64,000 bases of DNA, taken from an uncultured Acidobacteriota bacterium (GTDB lineage Bacteria; Acidobacteriota; UBA6911). A program made the translations under genes and the position numbers. Positions 57,881 through 64,000 of this stretch are shown one piece after another. The notes beneath the pieces were generated by a model. The model did not search any database. It had not been told where the DNA came from and was given only the letters and a program-made list of their open reading frames with translations. The DNA is taken from assembly GCA_964534795.1 (NCBI GenBank), contig CAZHQK010000014.1, positions 13,444-77,443 of the forward strand. Reading direction: 5' to 3'. Numbering within the stretch: the first letter of the stretch is position 1; every line of letters begins with the position of its first letter.

Positions 57881-58101
57881 TTCATTTTCCTCCCTGCGCG
57901 CATGCCGGCGCGCTTTCGGGCGCCATGCTCGGCTGCCGGGCCTTGACTTGTATCTTCTGTCGAGCCGCCGGGCAAGCAAAATCGTGCATCGTTCCCGACA
58001 GGCGGCGCTGCTGCGTGCAGCCGCGCTCGGCTTTTTGTGTGAATTGACCCGCACGTTATGCTGCTGTATGCTCGGCCGCGCGCGACTGCGCGAGGGCGGC
58101 C

Positions 58102-59106
58102 ATGCCGAAGAGCGGATTGGAAAACCGGCGGACGATCGGAATCGATATCGGCGGAACGAAAATCGCCGGGGGATTGGTGGATTGCAGAGGCCGGCTCGGC
58201 GACGCCGTGACGGCACCGACGCTGGCCGAGAAGGGCCGCGACTGCAGCCTCGGACAGGTGTTTCGCGTCATCGAGCGGTTGATTCGCCGGGCGGGCGGCC
58301 CGCAGCGCGTGCGCGGGATCGGCATATGCGCTCCCGGCCCGCTGGACACCCGGGCCGGCGTCGTGGTCAACCCTCCCAACCTTCAGGGATGGCGCAACGT
58401 CCCCCTGGCGGCCATGGTCGCGGAGCGCTTCGGCCTGCCGGCGATGGTCGAGAACGACGCCAACGCCGCCGCGCTGGCTGAGGTCCTGATCGGTGCCGCC
58501 GCCGGTTGTAGCAATATCTTCTATGTCACGGTGAGCACCGGCATCGGGACGGGCATCATCATCGACGGGAAGATCTATCACGGAAAAAACGGCGTTGCCG
58601 GCGAGGGGGGGCACGTCACCATCGATTACCGCAGCCCGTACCTGTGCGGCTGCGGCGCGCGCGGCTGCATCGAGGCGCTGGCCTCGGGTCCCGCCATGGC
58701 GCGGCGCGCGCGCGTGCTGCTCGAGCAGGAGCACGGCGTCCCGAGCCTGCTGCGCACCATGTGCCGCGGCGCGCTCGGCCGGATCACTCCGGAGATGATC
58801 GCGGAAGCGGCCCGGCGGCGCGACGCGCTCGCCCGCAGGATTGTCGACGAGACGGGGTTCTTCCTGGGGGTGTGGCTGGGGAGCATGATGTCGCTTCTGG
58901 ATCCGGAGGCCGTCGTCATCGGCGGCGGCGTGTCGCGAATCGGAAAACCGCTGTTCGACAAGATCCGCGAGACGATGCCGCTGTTTACGATCAACCGCGG
59001 GTTCGTGCCGGCCCTGCCGATCGTGCGCGCCAAGCTGAGGGAGAACGTCGGGGTATACGGCGCCGCAAGCCTGTTCCTGGAAGCGGCCGCATTTTCTGGA
59101 GCATGA
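58102..59106 (+). CDS. ROK-family sugar kinase (glucokinase-like)
   Basis: 334 aa. IGIDIGGTKIAGGLVD. ROK zinc motif CGCGARGCIEA. Confidence 0.85.
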   Translation: MPKSGLENRRTIGIDIGGTKIAGGLVDCRGRLGDAVTAPTLAEKGRDCSLGQVFRVIERLIRRAGGPQRVRGIGICAPGPLDTRAGVVVNPPNLQGWRNVPLAAMVAERFGLPAMVENDANAAALAEVLIGAAAGCSNIFYVTVSTGIGTGIIIDGKIYHGKNGVAGEGGHVTIDYRSPYLCGCGARGCIEALASGPAMARRARVLLEQEHGVPSLLRTMCRGALGRITPEMIAEAARRRDALARRIVDETGFFLGVWLGSMMSLLDPEAVVIGGGVSRIGKPLFDKIRETMPLFTINRGFVPALPIVRAKLRENVGVYGAASLFLEAAAFSGA

Positions 59107-59319
59107 TTTCCAAAGATCACTTGCCGTGTCGGCAGGACGCCCAGCCCCGCCCGGCCTGCGCTAATTGATTGAGGGGCTTGTCGATATGCAGCTCTTGCGC
59201 AAACGGGGAAACTCCTTGACGCAGCCAAGGGGCTATGATACGAAATAGGGCTTTTCAGGAGGGTCGACCGGGCGCAAGAAGCGGGGGAAGCCCGGCTTTT
59301 CGTTAGATAGGCGCAGCGC

Positions 59320-59741
59320 ATGATCAGCATAGACGGTTCCATAATTCCGGCGATCATTATCTTCGTGATACTGATTTTCGCGCTCGACCGCCTCCTTTTC
59401 CGCCCCCTCCTTCATGTGAAAAGCGAGAGGGAATCGCGAACCTCGGGGACGGTCGCCGAGGCCAACCGCCGGATGCAGCACTATGCGGAGCTTTTCGACC
59501 GCTACCAGGCTGCGATCAAGAACGCCCGCGCCGAGGGTTATCGCATCCAGGAGCAGGCCCGTTCGGAGGGCATGAGAAAGAGGAACGAGCGGATCGCCGC
59601 GGCGCGGCAGAGCGCCGAGAACCTGATCCAGGAATCGCGCGAAGCCATCCGCAATCAGGTGGAGGCGGCCAAGGTCCAGCTCGGGCGTGAGGCGCAGGAG
59701 ATCGCGCGCGCCATCGCGGCGGCGATCTTGGAGAGATCCGC

Positions 59742-59745
<4 letters not shown>
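59320..59745 (+). CDS. atpF: F-type ATP synthase subunit b' (first b-type stalk subunit)
   Basis: 141 aa. Single N-terminal TM helix plus a long charged coiled-coil. ATGA overlap with the next gene. Confidence 0.7.
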
Positions 59746-62472
<2,727 letters not shown>

Positions 62473-62476
62473 TCCC

Positions 62477-63340
62477 ATGCCCAACATCCGAGACATACGG
62501 CGCCGCATCCGCAGCGCCCGCAGCATCCAGCAGATCACCCGAGCGATGAAGTTCGTCTCGCACGCCCGGCTGCGCCGGGCGCAGGACCGCGTGATCGCCG
62601 CGCGGCCCTACGCGCGGCAGATGCTCGCCGTGCTCAACAGCCTGGCGCAGCGAGTCCCGGAGCAGTCCCACCCGCTGCTGGTCCAGCGGGAGGGCGGCAG
62701 CATCGAGCTGCTGGTGATCAGCGCGGACAAAGGGCTGTGCGGCGCCTACAATACCAACATCATCCGACAGGCGCTGGAATTCGTCAGCCGCCACCCCGAG
62801 GGCGCCGTCGAACTCAACATCCTGGGGAAGCGGGCCAGGGATTTCTTCCGGCGCCGGCCGGCCTATGCCGTGCGCCACGAGGCGATCAACGTCCTGTCCA
62901 GGCTCACGTTCGCCGACGCGGCCGCCATCGCGCGCGGCGTCATCGAGGATTTCGAGCGCGGCGAAGTGAGCCAGGTCTGGCTGGTGTACAACGAGTTCAA
63001 ATCGGTGATCCAGCAGCGCGTGGTCCTCGAGCCCCTGCTGCCCGTACGCAGGCTGGAAATCGCCGGGGAGTCGCGCGGCCTGGACTACATCTACGACGAG
63101 CCGCCGCAGAAGATTTTCGCGAACCTGCTCCCGCGTCATGTGGAGACGCAGGTCTACCGCGCCCTGCTCGAAGCCGCCGCATCGGAGCACGGGGCGCGCA
63201 TGACGGCGATGGAGGCCGCCACCAACAACGCCGGGGAGATGATCGAAAACCTGACGCTCTACGCCAACAAGGTGCGCCAGGCGGGCATCACCAAGGAATT
63301 GATCGAAGTCGTCAGCGGCGCCGGCGGGGTCGGCCGGTGA
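62477..63340 (+). CDS. atpG: F-type ATP synthase subunit gamma
   Basis: 287 aa (MPNIRDIRRRIRSARSIQQITRAMKFVSHARLRRAQ...). Gamma signature. Confidence 0.9.
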   Translation: MPNIRDIRRRIRSARSIQQITRAMKFVSHARLRRAQDRVIAARPYARQMLAVLNSLAQRVPEQSHPLLVQREGGSIELLVISADKGLCGAYNTNIIRQALEFVSRHPEGAVELNILGKRARDFFRRRPAYAVRHEAINVLSRLTFADAAAIARGVIEDFERGEVSQVWLVYNEFKSVIQQRVVLEPLLPVRRLEIAGESRGLDYIYDEPPQKIFANLLPRHVETQVYRALLEAAASEHGARMTAMEAATNNAGEMIENLTLYANKVRQAGITKELIEVVSGAGGVGR

Positions 63341-63545
63341 CGCCGGGCGCAGGAACGGGAAACCGGATCGTGGTCGCGGATTTCGGGTCGCATTCATGGC
63401 ACGGGTTGCGGCACGAGTTCCCAGCGGAGGCGGGCCAGGCTCGGGCGGTTGCACAGCGGCGGGCGATGCTCCGGAGCGTGCGGATCGATGAGGGCCGAAC
63501 CGGAATCCGCGACCCGCAATACCGATAGGGAGAGGGCATTCGGCA

Positions 63546-64000
63546 TGGCTGAGAACGTGGGGAAGGTGATCGAGATCATCGGGCCGGTGGTGGATTGCGA
63601 GTTCGAACAGCAGCACATGCCGCCGATCTACAACGCCGTCATCATCGAGGGCGAGTCGGCGGCGGGGCACATCCACGTAACCGCCGAGGTCCAGCAGCAT
63701 TTGGGCGAAGGGCGCGTGCGCTGCGTCTCCATGCAGCCCACGGACGGCATGGTGCGCGGCATGAAGGCCATCGATTCCGGCCGCCCCATCGTCGTGCCGG
63801 TGGGACGGGGGACGCTGGGGCGGGTCATGAACGTCATCGGCCAGCCGGTCGACCAGCTGGGCCCGATCCAGGCCGACGCCTATCATCCCATCCATCGTCC
63901 CGCCCCCAGCTTGGACGAACAGAGCACCGAGACCAAGATGTTCGAGACGGGGATCAAGGTGATCGATCTGCTCGAGCCCTATGTGCGCGGCGGCAAGATC
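63546..64000 (+). CDS. atpD: F-type ATP synthase subunit beta, N-terminal part (continues beyond the window)
   Basis: [20 protein letters not shown]... is a beta-subunit N-terminal barrel. Truncated by the window end. Confidence 0.9.

Overview
This is a high-GC (about 68-70%), gene-dense bacterial chromosomal window. Its gene content (a TonB-dependent receptor with a CarboxypepD_reg N-terminus, a DUF5916/CBM9-like protein, GH51, sigma-54 two-component systems, a split ATP synthase operon) suggests an Acidobacteriota-like organism; that is inference only. I can support about 60 protein-coding genes. No rRNA, tRNA, CRISPR array or obvious IS or prophage is visible. Many long antisense and overlapping ORFs in the supplied track are GC-driven shadow frames; true starts were picked using signal peptides, ribosome-binding sites and ATGA/TGATG start-stop overlaps.

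Contents in order:
1. A 3' fragment of a rubrerythrin/ferritin-like gene.
2. A secreted S10 serine carboxypeptidase.
3. A 4-gene archaic (sigma/Csu-type) chaperone-usher-like pilus locus: two paralogous secreted pilin-like proteins, a periplasmic chaperone-like protein, and a 943-aa outer-membrane usher-like protein ending in a SPOR domain.
4. An HDOD protein, next to a C-terminal remnant of a molybdopterin oxidoreductase catalytic subunit and its intact 4Fe-4S partner.
5. A tightly overlapping LysW (amino-group carrier protein) operon: lysW, lysX, lysY, a homocitrate-synthase-like HMGL enzyme, lysZ, lysJ, and an EgtC-like Ntn amidohydrolase. There is no LysK/ArgE homologue. It sits behind an AT-rich promoter island.
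6. An arabinose/pentose utilisation block: GH51 arabinofuranosidase, a small membrane protein plus a sodium:solute symporter, a FucI/AraA-family isomerase, and a Tat-signal sugar-phosphate isomerase.
7. Two tandem paralogous ABC-2 exporter pairs.
8. A DinB-like protein, a VapC/Phd toxin-antitoxin pair, ACT, DUF2207, AKR and YciI-like proteins, and a receiver-like protein with Glu at the phospho-acceptor position.
9. An HlyD adaptor plus two FtsX permeases, with no ATPase.
10. A PP2C phosphatase, a TRASH-domain lipoprotein and a DUF5916 protein.
11. An Omp85-like gene, a DUF4390-like gene, an NtrY-like kinase and an NtrX-like sigma-54 regulator.
12. A 1299-aa TonB-dependent receptor, a beta-lactamase-family hydrolase, a TIGR04076-like operon, a ROK kinase, and atpF'-atpF-atpH-atpA-atpG-atpD(partial).

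The most unusual feature is a five-copy, roughly 250-bp, highly structured intergenic repeat family. Copies sit at 258-706, 7641-7967 (reverse), 35252-35652, 41851-42068 and 53907-54175. The stems are conserved, including G-U-type changes, while the loops vary in length. One locus carries tandem amplification of an 89-bp head module.
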